Shown piece after piece: positions 46,649 to 56,830 of a stretch of DNA of 64,000 nucleotides. Origin of the DNA: an uncultured archaeon (GTDB lineage: Archaea; Micrarchaeota; Micrarchaeia; Micrarchaeales; CABMGC01); NCBI GenBank assembly GCA_963787445.1, contig CAWBCT010000005.1:544001-608000 (forward strand), written 5' to 3'. Made by a program: the position numbers and the translations under genes. The first letter of the stretch is position 1. Every line of letters begins with the position of its first letter. The notes beneath the pieces are model-generated. The model did no database searches and had not been told where the DNA came from. It worked only from the letters and a program-made list of their open reading frames with translations.

Positions 46649-48427
46649 ATGCTGGCAATACTCTTGATAATCCCGCTTCTGCTTGCGCTTATCCTAGTCG
46701 CAGCACTGCCCTCTCCGCTTCGAAAGTATGCCAAGTACATCGCTTTCCTTGGTTCTGTTGCAAGCCTGACCCTGCTCGCCTACGTCTCCACCGGAAGCTA
46801 CTCGTCTATCTGGTTCAACATCGGCACGCTCTCCTTCACCCTTGATCTCTCTGTCGGCTCCATAAACCTGCTGCTGCTTCTGATAGTCCTCCTCACGGCC
46901 CCGCTCGTGCTCCTGTACTCTTGGGGCTTCATGGACACGCCCAGCCAGCAGAAGCGCTTCTACGTCGAGATGCTCGGCTTCGAGGCCGCCATGGTCCTGT
47001 TTGCCATGAGCGCCGGCTTCATAACCCTGTTCATCGCCTGGGAGCTGCTGAGCCTCATGAGCTACCTGCTGATTGGCTTCTGGAGCGAGCGCAGGAAGGC
47101 CGCCCGCTCGGCGCGGAAAGCGATAACCTGCGTATTCATAGGCGACATTGCGCTGCTCTCCGTTCTCGCGATTGTTGCCGCCTCTTTCGGCACGTTCTCA
47201 TTCAGCTCGCTAATCGGCGCCGCCAGCTCAAACCTGCACGCAACAATTCTGATCGTACTTCTGCTCTCTGTCGCAATACTCTCCAAGTCCGCCCAGTTTC
47301 CTTTCGCGGAGTGGCTGCCCGACGCCATGGAGGGCCCCACCCCTGTGTCCGCCTTCCTTCACTCGGCCACCATGGTGAAGGCCGGGGTCTTCTTGCTGGT
47401 GCTCCTGCTGCCGCTCTTCCAGATCACCGGCCTTAACTATGTGATAATGGCTGCGAGCGCGATAACTGTGGTCATCGGCACTGTAAATGCGATGAAGGAG
47501 ACGCAGGTAAAGCGCGTGCTCGCCTACTCGACCGTCCAGGAGCTCGGCCTCATGCTCTTCGCGGTCAGCTCTGGCGCGGTTCTTGCCGGGCTCTTCCTTC
47601 TCTTTGCGCAGACCTTCTACAAGGCGGTGCTCTTCCTGGGCGCAGGGGCGACGATGAAGGCGACCGACAAGGAGGACATCCGCGAGCTCTCCGGCCTGCG
47701 CGAGAACATCCTGATCTATCTTCCTGTCCTGTTCGGTGTGCTCTCGCTTGCCGGCTTCATCCCCTTTGACGGATTCTTCTCGAGCCTGGTTCTCGGCTCA
47801 TCGTTCTCAGCCAACCTCCTTGCCTACCTTGGAATAAGCCTAGTCTCGATGCTGAGCAGCGCCTACATCTTCCGCTGGATGCTTAACATCTCCAGGAAGC
47901 CAAAGAGTCAGTCTGAGAGCATCCACTACGGCGCGATGCCCCTGAGCATGGTCATTCCAATCCTGATATTCGGCATCGCGACACTCGTTGCTTCAGCGGC
48001 CTTTGTTTACTTCCCCTCATTCATCAACTCAGGGCAGCCCAGCTTCTCCCTCCAGACCCCTCCCTTTACGTTCTCGCTGCTCGATGTGGTTGCCGTCCTG
48101 GCCTTTGTCGCGGCAGGCGCCGCCATAAGCTATTTTGCCTACGCAAAGAAGTGGCATCTTAGGTCCCGCGTACTCGGGTCACTGATGCTGAACGGCCTTC
48201 TCTTCGACAGCCTCTATACGCTGGTGGCAAACTTCTTCCTGCTGGCTGGCGAGGCGGCAGCGCTCCTGGACCGTTCCATCGATGGATTCTTCGAAGGCCT
48301 TGGGAGTGCGACCATGTATGCGGCAGGCGGAGTGCGCAGGGTTTCGTTCGGAAAGGTAAACCTCTATGCGTTGGCTGTGGCGCTCGCCATCCTAATAATG
48401 GTGGCGGTGGTGTACTTGGTGAGGTAG
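46649..48427 (+). CDS. nuoL: NADH-quinone oxidoreductase subunit L
   Basis: WE..S.MSYLLIGFW, KSAQFP...WLPDAMEGPTPVSAFLHSATMVKAG, K.VLAYST. Confidence 0.95.
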   Translation: MLAILLIIPLLLALILVAALPSPLRKYAKYIAFLGSVASLTLLAYVSTGSYSSIWFNIGTLSFTLDLSVGSINLLLLLIVLLTAPLVLLYSWGFMDTPSQQKRFYVEMLGFEAAMVLFAMSAGFITLFIAWELLSLMSYLLIGFWSERRKAARSARKAITCVFIGDIALLSVLAIVAASFGTFSFSSLIGAASSNLHATILIVLLLSVAILSKSAQFPFAEWLPDAMEGPTPVSAFLHSATMVKAGVFLLVLLLPLFQITGLNYVIMAASAITVVIGTVNAMKETQVKRVLAYSTVQELGLMLFAVSSGAVLAGLFLLFAQTFYKAVLFLGAGATMKATDKEDIRELSGLRENILIYLPVLFGVLSLAGFIPFDGFFSSLVLGSSFSANLLAYLGISLVSMLSSAYIFRWMLNISRKPKSQSESIHYGAMPLSMVIPILIFGIATLVASAAFVYFPSFINSGQPSFSLQTPPFTFSLLDVVAVLAFVAAGAAISYFAYAKKWHLRSRVLGSLMLNGLLFDSLYTLVANFFLLAGEAAALLDRSIDGFFEGLGSATMYAAGGVRRVSFGKVNLYALAVALAILIMVAVVYLVR

Positions 48428-48431
48428 TTCT

Positions 48432-49807
48432 ATGGTAGCTCTCTTTGTTTCCATCTTTATTTTGCTTCTGTGCGCACTTCTAGTCTCAAACGTACTGGCG
48501 GTGCTTCTCAAGAGAGAAGAGACTGCAGTTCATACTTAACATCCTGATACTGCTTCTCCTCTTCCTTTGCCTATACGGCATCTATTATGCTGGAAGCTAC
48601 GCTCTGTACGCCAACCTTGTCGAGATTACGCCCTTCTCCCTATTCTTCATGGGGCTGTTTACCCTGGGCCTGCTCATAAGCAATCTTATCTTTTACCAAT
48701 ACTCTGAGAATTACGAGTCCCTTACTCTCCTGAGCTCCTTCATGCTCATCGGCATGTATCTGGTTGCGGCCTCCTCCTCCCTGATCACAATCTTTCTCGG
48801 GCTGGAGCTTGCGACGATGCCCATGATCTTCTCAATCCTCCTCTCGAAGAAGAGCATGGAGGCGTCTGTCAAGCTGTTCGTAATGGGCGCCATAGCCGCT
48901 TGCCCTCTTCTCGTTTGGCATGGTTCTGGTTTACGGAGGAACCGGCAGCCTGAACCTGACCACCAGCTCCAATGCCCCATTCCTTCTGTTCGCCTTCGTG
49001 CTGCTCATAGCCGCCCTTGGCTTCGAGGCCTCGATCTTCCCGTTCAACCTACTGATACCCGACGTCTACGAAGGCTCTCCAGCCTACCTCACCGGGGTGA
49101 TGGGTGGAATAAACAAGAAGGTCGGTTTTGCAGCCCTCATGCAAATCCTGATACTGATCTTCATCGTATACCAGTCCGCATTCCTCGTGGTGGCAATCTT
49201 CTCGGTCCTTACGATGTTCTATGGCAACCTCTGCGCCCTTCGGCAGAAGAACCTGAAGAGGATGCTCGCCTACTCCTCCATAGCCCAGTCGGGCTACATA
49301 CTCATCGGCATCGCCACCTACTCCGCCGCCGGAATAACGGCATCGCTGGTGCAGATCTTCGCGCACAGCATCATCTTCATAGGCGCGCTTGCGATAATAG
49401 CCTGGCTCGAGGCGAACAACAAGCAGACCATAGACAACCTGGTCGGCCTGGCACATGAGAACAGGTTCGGGGCCTTTGCCCTCGCGTTCTTCCTCCTGGC
49501 CCTTGCGGGACTTCCATTTACGCTAGGCTTCGTAGGCAAGCTGCTTATTTTCTTGAGCGCCATAAACTCGGGGCTGCTCTGGCTGGCCGCCATCGGAATA
49601 CTGAACACGATGATCGCGCTTTACTACTATGCGAAGCCGATAATGGCGATGTACTCGGGGACCTCGAGGCGCAAGCTGCCCATGCCAACGCTGGTGCTGA
49701 CCGCAGTTGTCCTGTGCCTCCTGATAGTCCTGCTCTTCGGGATATACCCGCAGCCTTTGATAACATTTGCCAGCAAACGCCAGCGCCCAGCTCTTCCGCT
49801 GACCTAA
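48432..49807 (+). CDS. nuoN: NADH-quinone oxidoreductase subunit N, apparent frameshifts
   Basis: IFLGLEL, EASVK.F..G, PDVYEGSP, N.KRMLAYSSIAQ.GY, LAGLP...GF.GK; split across ATG 48432, ORF 48649 and ORF 48920 (extra base near 48900). Confidence 0.88.
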
Positions 49808-51192
49808 AGTATCAGGAGAAAGGGCAGTATGCCGAGCACAACGGTGCAGCATGCAAGGAACAGCCCGGAGAGATAGATCTCCCTATGTATCCGCTCGACA
49901 GGTTCGTTCTCCTCCTCACCGCCGATCATCTTCTCCACAACCCAGAACAGGAAGCCGGCCATAAGCAAGATCGCAAGGAGAGCAACAAGGCCGGGTATCC
50001 CGAATGCTCCGTAGCCTCCTATGAAAATCAACAGGTCGCCTAGGAAGCCCGCCGTGAGCGGGAGCCCAACCGCGGCAAAAACCCCGAAGATGAAAAGATA
50101 GGCCACTCCCCTGAACTCCTTGATCACGCCGTACAGGTTCTTTATCTCAAGGGTCTCGTAGGCCTCTCCCAGCGCACCCGCCATGAGGAAGAGCAGCGAG
50201 ACCGCTATCCCGTGCGCCAGCATTGCGTAGAGGGCGCCGTCCAACCCGACCGTTGTCCCGGATATTATCCCTATGGCGACTATTCCCATCTCCACTATGC
50301 TTGTGTAGGCTATGGCGCGCTTCAGGTTGCTCTGCCGGGTCGCCACGAAAGCGGCGTAGATCGCGGAGAATGCGAAGAGGACCACCAGATAGCTGCTGTA
50401 CTCCAGCGCCAGGGGTATCATGAGCGTAAGCAGTATCAGCCCGTAGCCGCTGAACTTGAGCAGGACGCCCGCGAGCACCATGCTGCCCGTCGCCGGCGCC
50501 TCGGTGTGTGCATCGGGAAGCCATCCGTGCAGCGGGAACACCGGCATCTTTATTATGAAAGAGAGCATGAGCAGCACCACCACCGCGAGCTGCACCATCA
50601 GCGGGATGCTCGCCGACTGCGCTATTATCGTCGCTATGTCGAAAGTCTGGGTGCTTGTGTAGATGAGCAGTATCCCGAGCAGCAGGAGCAGGCTGGAGAT
50701 GATTGAATATATGATGAATTTTATCGCGGCGTGCCTCTTGCCCAAGCCGCCGTAGAGCAGTATTATGAAGAACATCGCAAACTCGGCGATCTCCCAGAAA
50801 ACATAGAACAGAAGCAGGTTTGACGACAGGAAAAGCGCTATCGCGGAACCCTGCACAAGCGCAAAGAGTATCCCGTAGGTCCGCTGGTTCTCCCTTATGA
50901 AGCTCTTGAAGACCAGCGACGCTGCCAGGAAGACTATGGCGCTCATCAAGACCAGAATGACGGAGGTTGAGGTCGCCTGGAACCCGAAGCTTACCCCCAG
51001 CGAGCTGATGTAATTGTAGCTGAATGCGCTGGAGACGTTGATGTTTGAGTAGAAAACAAGGAGCAGCGCCAGCAGAAAGACCAGCACCGAGGCCGTTATC
51101 TGCACCAAGCGTATGCCTTCCTTATCAAGTAGAAACATCGGCAGTATTGATAGGAAAGGTATTAAAATAATGAGAGGCAATATTGGAAACAT
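49804..51192 (-). CDS. nuoM: NADH-quinone oxidoreductase subunit M (opposite strand)
   Basis: FYVFWE, IKMP.FPLH.WLPDAH.EAP..GS..LAGVLLK, K..IAY.S, AHG, GLP...GF.GD. Confidence 0.94.
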   Translation of the reverse strand: MFPILPLIILIPFLSILPMFLLDKEGIRLVQITASVLVFLLALLLVFYSNINVSSAFSYNYISSLGVSFGFQATSTSVILVLMSAIVFLAASLVFKSFIRENQRTYGILFALVQGSAIALFLSSNLLLFYVFWEIAEFAMFFIILLYGGLGKRHAAIKFIIYSIISSLLLLLGILLIYTSTQTFDIATIIAQSASIPLMVQLAVVVLLMLSFIIKMPVFPLHGWLPDAHTEAPATGSMVLAGVLLKFSGYGLILLTLMIPLALEYSSYLVVLFAFSAIYAAFVATRQSNLKRAIAYTSIVEMGIVAIGIISGTTVGLDGALYAMLAHGIAVSLLFLMAGALGEAYETLEIKNLYGVIKEFRGVAYLFIFGVFAAVGLPLTAGFLGDLLIFIGGYGAFGIPGLVALLAILLMAGFLFWVVEKMIGGEEENEPVERIHREIYLSGLFLACCTVVLGILPFLLIL

Positions 51193-51245
51193 CAGTGCAC
51201 CGAGCTAATCTGATTGAGTTAACAAAGTATTTAAATCGTGATTTT

Positions 51246-52028
51246 ATGGAGCCAGACCCTTCCCAATCTTCAAAAGAGTTAGAGGAAGAGATCAGCAGGA
51301 CCGTGAAGGAGCACGGGGAGCTGATAAGCAGAGAGAAGGCACGCGAGCTAATCTCCAACAAAAACCAACCGGCACCGCAGAAAAGAAAACTCACCGCCGC
51401 TGCCCTGATTGCTGCAAATCTCCAGGACGGAGAGGTTGTTGATCTGGAGGACAACGTTTATCGCGTATTCAACAAGGTAAAGTTTAATCGGAACGGCAGC
51501 GCAGGCGTGAATAGGATAGTAGTTTTTGGAAGCGAAGGCAACAGCGTTAAGACGATCCTATGGGAAAAGAGCGCGGAGTTTCCTGACGCCATGCAGATAC
51601 AACGCAAGGACAAGGTTCTCGCAACCAACCTGCGCGTGCACAAGAATGGAGATGAGACAGAGTTGTACAGCAGCACTTCTACGTATTTTTCAAGAATAAC
51701 ACCATCAAAATCTTCAGTGACCGACTTTTCACAATTGAAAGGTGGGGAGAGGAACATCGATATTATTGGGAGGATAGTTTCAATCGGCTCTTCCCGTTCC
51801 TTCAAGAGCCTAGGCGGCACAGAAAGTAGCGTCTCTGACTGTAACATAAGCGATGGCAAGATTGAGGCGAGAGTGTCATTATGGGGTTCTTGTAGCACTT
51901 ATACAACAGAAATGCATCCCGGCGAGTTTCTTAAAGTGGAATTTGCTTCGGCCAAGCTATCAGAAAACGGATTAGAGTTAAGTGCAAGCGACGCGTCACG
52001 GATGCTTATTAGCAAGCGTGCCTTGTAA
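51246..52028 (+). CDS. rpa: Replication protein A / ssDNA-binding protein, two OB folds
   Basis: Repeated F.R.G..G....D.G...V.LW OB-fold pattern; ATG at 51246. Confidence 0.8.
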   Translation: MEPDPSQSSKELEEEISRTVKEHGELISREKARELISNKNQPAPQKRKLTAAALIAANLQDGEVVDLEDNVYRVFNKVKFNRNGSAGVNRIVVFGSEGNSVKTILWEKSAEFPDAMQIQRKDKVLATNLRVHKNGDETELYSSTSTYFSRITPSKSSVTDFSQLKGGERNIDIIGRIVSIGSSRSFKSLGGTESSVSDCNISDGKIEARVSLWGSCSTYTTEMHPGEFLKVEFASAKLSENGLELSASDASRMLISKRAL

Positions 52029-52031
52029 GAT

Positions 52032-53321
52032 TTAGATTATCTTCTGTTCTATCAAGAAACTGTTTACGGCTTTTGCAACGTCCTTCGGATGCAGCCCGTA
52101 TCTCTTCGAGATCTCCCCTATTAGCAGGTTTATCGCCTTCTTGTTCGTTCTGCACTCCTCCAATATGCCCTTCTTCGAGTTGACGAACTCCCAAATTGCC
52201 TTTTCCATCTCCTTCTCTGTGAGTTTCTCGTAGCTTACGTCTATGTGGCCCTTGCTTACCTTCTGGAGCACCTCCTGGTTTATTATCACGTCCTTAGCTA
52301 TCAGCCCCAGCAGCCTCACAAAGCCCTCGTCGTCAAGATGGATCTCGTATTTCTCCATCCTCTGTATCGCATTTATTATGTGCTGCATGGGGTGCTTCTG
52401 CCTGAACTTGTCCATTAATTCTAATGATCTCCTGTTGAACATCGTCAATTCCATTATCGTCCTAGCGTTTGATTTGTACTTCGCCGCCATCTCGTTGGCA
52501 ATCTCTGTTATATAAGTTGGTTCTGCTGTCTTTATCCCATCCACATTGAAGATTGTCAGGTCCGGCTCGAAGATGTATCCATACTCCTCGTCTGTTTCCT
52601 TTTCCCTCATCGAGACTGTGTTCCTCCTTGTCTCATTGTAACCTCTCGTCTCGCCAATGATCTTCTTTCCTTCCGCGAGCACCTGCTTCTGCCTTTTAAT
52701 CTCGTACTTTGCGGCCTCAAGTATGTTCTTTATTCCCGTTATGTTCTTGACCTCGACCCGGTGCTCCGCGAGGGAGATGTTCAGGTCGACCTTTATCTCC
52801 TTGTTGATGTCTATGTTGAGGTAGTAGAGTATGCTCCTGAGCGTTCTCAGGAAGCCCCACAGCTCATGCTCATCAATTATGTCGGGTTCTGTGACCACCT
52901 CAACCAGCGGCGTGCCTGACCTGTTGAAGTCAATAAGCGTGAGGGCGCCCTCCCTAACGAGCTTTGCGGGGTCCTCCTCAAGCTGGATCCTCCTTATGCC
53001 AACTTTCTTCCCAGTTATTGTGAGATATCCTTCGCTTCCGATGGAGTGCTCGGTCTGGGTTATCTGGTAGCACTTCGGAAGGTCGGGGTAGAAGTACACC
53101 TTCCTCACGAATGAGATGTCCCCCCCAAGCCTGCAGTGGAGCGCGTTTGCTATGTCCCTTGCGTACTTGACTGCGGACCTGTTAAGCAGGGGCTTTGATC
53201 CTGGGAAGCCCATGCAGATTGGGCAGACAGAGGTGTTCGGCTCCTCTCCGTCCGCGCTGCAAGAGCAGAATAGCTTCGACCTAGTGGGCAAAGCTATGTG
53301 TACCTCCAATCCGATCTTCAT
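52032..53321 (-). CDS. gatB: Asp/Glu-tRNA amidotransferase subunit B
   Basis: IGLEVH, KLFC.C, C..C.G.PG, RKVYFYPDLPK, IDFNRSG.PL.E.VTEPD, EPDL. Confidence 0.95.
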   Translation of the reverse strand: MKIGLEVHIALPTRSKLFCSCSADGEEPNTSVCPICMGFPGSKPLLNRSAVKYARDIANALHCRLGGDISFVRKVYFYPDLPKCYQITQTEHSIGSEGYLTITGKKVGIRRIQLEEDPAKLVREGALTLIDFNRSGTPLVEVVTEPDIIDEHELWGFLRTLRSILYYLNIDINKEIKVDLNISLAEHRVEVKNITGIKNILEAAKYEIKRQKQVLAEGKKIIGETRGYNETRRNTVSMREKETDEEYGYIFEPDLTIFNVDGIKTAEPTYITEIANEMAAKYKSNARTIMELTMFNRRSLELMDKFRQKHPMQHIINAIQRMEKYEIHLDDEGFVRLLGLIAKDVIINQEVLQKVSKGHIDVSYEKLTEKEMEKAIWEFVNSKKGILEECRTNKKAINLLIGEISKRYGLHPKDVAKAVNSFLIEQKII

Positions 53322-54679
53322 AGTTCTCCCAGGTTATGCTTGAATCTGTACTTGAAGTGGTTCTCCCACTCTGTTACAAAATCCATAAGTGCGTAGTCGT
53401 TGCCCTGCCCTGTTATGAGCTGGGCGCCTGTGGGCAAATTGTCAATATAATCATACGGAAACGAGATGTGCGGGAAGCCTCCCAGGTTCGGAGGTATCGT
53501 GAACATGTCCAACGCATAGTTCTCCAGAGGCGAGAGCTTCTGCGCGTCCTTTATCTTCGGCGTCTGGACCGGCAGCGCAGGCGAGAGGATGAAACCGTCC
53601 TTCAGCATCGCGCTCATCTCCTTGATTATCGCACTTCTTATAACGGCCGCCTTGGTGTAGTACTTGTCCTTCTGGCTCTTTCCTCTTATGAAGCTGCCAA
53701 GTATGATTCTTCTCTTCGCCTCAATCCCAAAGCTCTTCCTCGCATCGGTGAAGAACTCATTGTAGTGCTTAGTGTAGTCGCCCTCCTGCAGCCCGTACTT
53801 GTAGCCGTCGTACTTGGCCAGGTTAGTCGAGGCCTCCGCCATCGCAATTATGTAGTAGGGGGCTATCGCCTTGCTCAATATTTTGGAGCTCACCGTCTCG
53901 ATTGAGTATCCTGTGCTTTCCAGTTTGCTCACGAACTTTTCGAAGTGCGATTTTATCGTCCCGTCCGTTCTCTCCATGAGCTCCTTGATCAAGAATATTC
54001 TTTTCTTTTTCGAATCTGTTATCTTGTCCACAACGCAGGTGGTGTCATAAGAGTCCGGCCCCCTGATCACATCAAAGACTCTCTTCGCATCTTCCGCGCT
54101 TCTCGCCATCACTCCTATCTTGTCAAGCGAGTTTGCGTAGTCTATCAGCCCGTACCTTGAGACCGCGCCGTAGGTCGGGGTGAAGCCCACAACCCCGTTG
54201 AAGGCTGATGGGGTTGTTATCGAGCCTCCCGTTGACTCTGAGATGGCCACGTGGTACTTGAGCATCGCCGTTGCGACTGCCGCGCCGCTGCTGGAGCCTC
54301 CTGCAACGTACTCGCTGTCAAAAGCGTTCCTTGCTGGTACCTCGCAGTTTAATCCAAAGGTGCCGAAGCCAAACTCATCCATGCTGGTTGAGCCCAGGAA
54401 GGAGAACTCCTTGGTGTTGAGCAACCTCTCGGTGACCGTGGCGTTGAACGGGGGCACATAGCCCTTGAGTATCTTCGAACCCGCCGTTGTTTCATGGCCT
54501 TTCACGCAGATGTTCGCCTTGGTGCTGAACGGAAATGAGTTCTTTTCCTTTGAAACCGCGCTGTTTATGGTTAGGAACGGGTGGTACTCCTTGTTTGTCT
54601 CGGTTATCTGCTGGATCAGCTTCTGGTAGTAGTCTCTTGGCTTCTTCTTGCCCGCGAACTCCCGTAGGTAGCTGGTCAT
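53318..54679 (-). CDS. gatA: Asp/Glu-tRNA amidotransferase subunit A
   Basis: TTAGSKIL, MDEF, GGSSSG.A, STGGSI..P, PTYG.VSRYGL, SLD, EASTNLAKYDG, KRRIILG. Confidence 0.95.
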   Translation of the reverse strand: MTSYLREFAGKKKPRDYYQKLIQQITETNKEYHPFLTINSAVSKEKNSFPFSTKANICVKGHETTAGSKILKGYVPPFNATVTERLLNTKEFSFLGSTSMDEFGFGTFGLNCEVPARNAFDSEYVAGGSSSGAAVATAMLKYHVAISESTGGSITTPSAFNGVVGFTPTYGAVSRYGLIDYANSLDKIGVMARSAEDAKRVFDVIRGPDSYDTTCVVDKITDSKKKRIFLIKELMERTDGTIKSHFEKFVSKLESTGYSIETVSSKILSKAIAPYYIIAMAEASTNLAKYDGYKYGLQEGDYTKHYNEFFTDARKSFGIEAKRRIILGSFIRGKSQKDKYYTKAAVIRSAIIKEMSAMLKDGFILSPALPVQTPKIKDAQKLSPLENYALDMFTIPPNLGGFPHISFPYDYIDNLPTGAQLITGQGNDYALMDFVTEWENHFKYRFKHNLGEL

Positions 54680-54945
54680 ATGCGCGGTCCCCTCACGTAC
54701 TTACCCTGTTTCCTGGTCTGGCCCAGCATCGACTCCGTGTCCTTGAACGGCATAATCTCGTCCTCCCTCAGCCTGCCGGGTATCTGTATCGGCTGGTAGG
54801 AGGGCTGCTCGTCCGCCTTTATGCTGCTAATCTCCTCAAAGTACTTTAGGATCTCCTCTATGTCGGCCTTTATCCTCCTCTTTTCGCCTTCGTCCAGGCT
54901 GAGCCTAGCTATCTTTAGGAGTCTATCAAAATCTTCGCTTTCCAC
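54676..54945 (-). CDS. gatC: Asp/Glu-tRNA amidotransferase subunit C
   Basis: LLKIARL.L, IL.YF..I, LRED, YV.GPRI; GTG start at 54945. Confidence 0.9.
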   Translation of the reverse strand: MESEDFDRLLKIARLSLDEGEKRRIKADIEEILKYFEEISSIKADEQPSYQPIQIPGRLREDEIMPFKDTESMLGQTRKQGKYVRGPRI

Positions 54946-54989
54946 GGAGTTATAATTATTTGAGCAATTTAATAAATGCTCCGACCTTA

Positions 54990-55280
54990 TCAGCAGCTTA
55001 TCTGCACATTGCTCAGGACATAGGAGGTGCCGTTGCACTCATAGCCGTTGCCCTGGCTCTCGCAATTGAACACCAGATGGGTGTTCGGCGCCGCAGGTAT
55101 GCACAGCCCGCTGCCGCCCACCCAGACTATCTGGCTTGTAGTGTCGTTTATCACCGCCACTGTGCTGTAGGTCATGCGCTGCGGCGGCGGGACCTGGCCG
55201 TTGAGAATCAGGAACAGCAGATAGAGCAGCAGCGCTATCGGGATAATCCACAGATAACGCCTCTTGCTCCCTTTGACCAT
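54990..55280 (-). CDS. Small exported protein with four Cys
   Basis: Basic N-terminus plus one TM, then a beta-rich domain with 4 Cys and N-x-T sites. Confidence 0.65.
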   Translation of the reverse strand: MVKGSKRRYLWIIPIALLLYLLFLILNGQVPPPQRMTYSTVAVINDTTSQIVWVGGSGLCIPAAPNTHLVFNCESQGNGYECNGTSYVLSNVQISC

Positions 55281-55323
55281 GGAATCCAACCACAAAATAA
55301 GGTAAATCAACAAAGCTATTAAT

Positions 55324-56667
55324 ATGTTTATTTCAAAATTACCTTATCGTGATCAGGTGCAGATTTCAGGGCAGATTGGCGAGGTTCCAAAGACGGCGGG
55401 CAGCAAGCTCAGGCTGGGCGGCAGGATCACCCGCATAAACGACACCAAGAACATCGCCTTCCTCTGGCTGCGCGACAGCACCGGCATAATCCAGATAACC
55501 GCCGTCAAGGAGAAGACCTCTCCCGACCTGCTGAAACAGGTCTCGGGAATCTCGATAAACGACTTCATCATCGCCGAGGGCGTTGTCCCGGAGCAGATAC
55601 GGTCCAACACCGGCTCGGAGATGATACTCGAGAAGATAACGGTGGTGGGCAAGGCGCTCGAGCCTTCACCGATCGACATAGAGAAGCAGATCGAGAGCGC
55701 CATGGACAAGAGGCTCGACTGGAGGGCGCTCGACCTTAGGGATCCCAAACATGCGGCCATCTTCAATGTGCAGTCCTCGCTCCTCTGGGGGCTCAGGAAG
55801 TTCTTCTCATCGGAAGGGGTAAAGGAGGTGTTCACCCCGAGCCTCATGGGCACCCCATCGGAGGGCGGCTCGGAGGTCTTCTCGCTGGAGCACTTCGGTA
55901 AGACCGCGTACCTTAGGCAGGACCCGCAGCTCCACAGGCAGTTCCTGATGCTCGCCGGCTTTGACAAGATCTACGAGATAGGGCCAAGCTGGAGGGCGGA
56001 GCTGAGCAACACCCCACGGCACCTCACGGAGCACAGGACCTGTGCGTCCGAGATCTCTTTCATAAAGGACGAGCGGGACGTCATCAAGTACGAGCAGAAG
56101 GCGGTAATCAGCGCGGTCAAGAGCGTGATCAAGAACAGCAAGGCCGACCTGGAGCTGCTTGGCGTGACGCTCGAGGTTCCCAAGCGCTTCCCCGAGCTGA
56201 AGTTCCCCAAAGTATACGATATCCTTGAGGAGCTGGGCTCTCCGATTGAGAGGGGCACGGACTACAACAAGGCCGGGGAGAGCCTGCTGGCAAAGTACGT
56301 GAAGGAGAAGTACAACACCGACTTCTTCTTCGTCAACCGTTTCCCGTTTGCGGTGAAGCCATTTTACGTGATGAGAGTGGACGAGGACCCGGAGTGGGCG
56401 AGGAGCATCGACCTCATATACAAGGGCGTCGAACTAAGCAGCGGCGGCCAGAGGGAGCACAGGTACGAAAAGATAATCTCGCAGGCGAAGGAGAAGGGGA
56501 TGAACCCCGAGAACATCAAGTGGTTCACGGACCTGTTCAAGTACGGCGCACCGCCCCACGGCGGCTTCAGCATCGGCATCGAGCGTTTGACGATGCAGAT
56601 ACTCAACATACAGAACGTAAGGGAGACGGTTCTCTTCCCGCGCGCCCCGGACAGACTTCTGCCGTGA
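55324..56667 (+). CDS. aspS: Aspartate--tRNA ligase, archaeal type (non-discriminating by context)
   Basis: LRD.TG..Q, RLDWR.LDLR, SEGG.E.F, AYL.Q.PQL, RAE.S.T.RHL.E, KPFY, ELSSGGQREH, YGAPPHGG..IG.ER, FPR.P.RL.P; exact start uncertain. Confidence 0.93.
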   Translation: MFISKLPYRDQVQISGQIGEVPKTAGSKLRLGGRITRINDTKNIAFLWLRDSTGIIQITAVKEKTSPDLLKQVSGISINDFIIAEGVVPEQIRSNTGSEMILEKITVVGKALEPSPIDIEKQIESAMDKRLDWRALDLRDPKHAAIFNVQSSLLWGLRKFFSSEGVKEVFTPSLMGTPSEGGSEVFSLEHFGKTAYLRQDPQLHRQFLMLAGFDKIYEIGPSWRAELSNTPRHLTEHRTCASEISFIKDERDVIKYEQKAVISAVKSVIKNSKADLELLGVTLEVPKRFPELKFPKVYDILEELGSPIERGTDYNKAGESLLAKYVKEKYNTDFFFVNRFPFAVKPFYVMRVDEDPEWARSIDLIYKGVELSSGGQREHRYEKIISQAKEKGMNPENIKWFTDLFKYGAPPHGGFSIGIERLTMQILNIQNVRETVLFPRAPDRLLP

Positions 56668-56830
56668 CAAACTGAGATAGGTATATAAATCTGATTTTAT
56701 ACTTATATAGTTGTATTTTTAGCTTAAGGCGCGACCAATGAAACATGTCCTACAGAATATGGGATTGCTAGAATCCTCTATCCCTCAGAGCCAATCCCCT
56801 ATTTTCTACTTAAATTAATTAGGTGACTAT

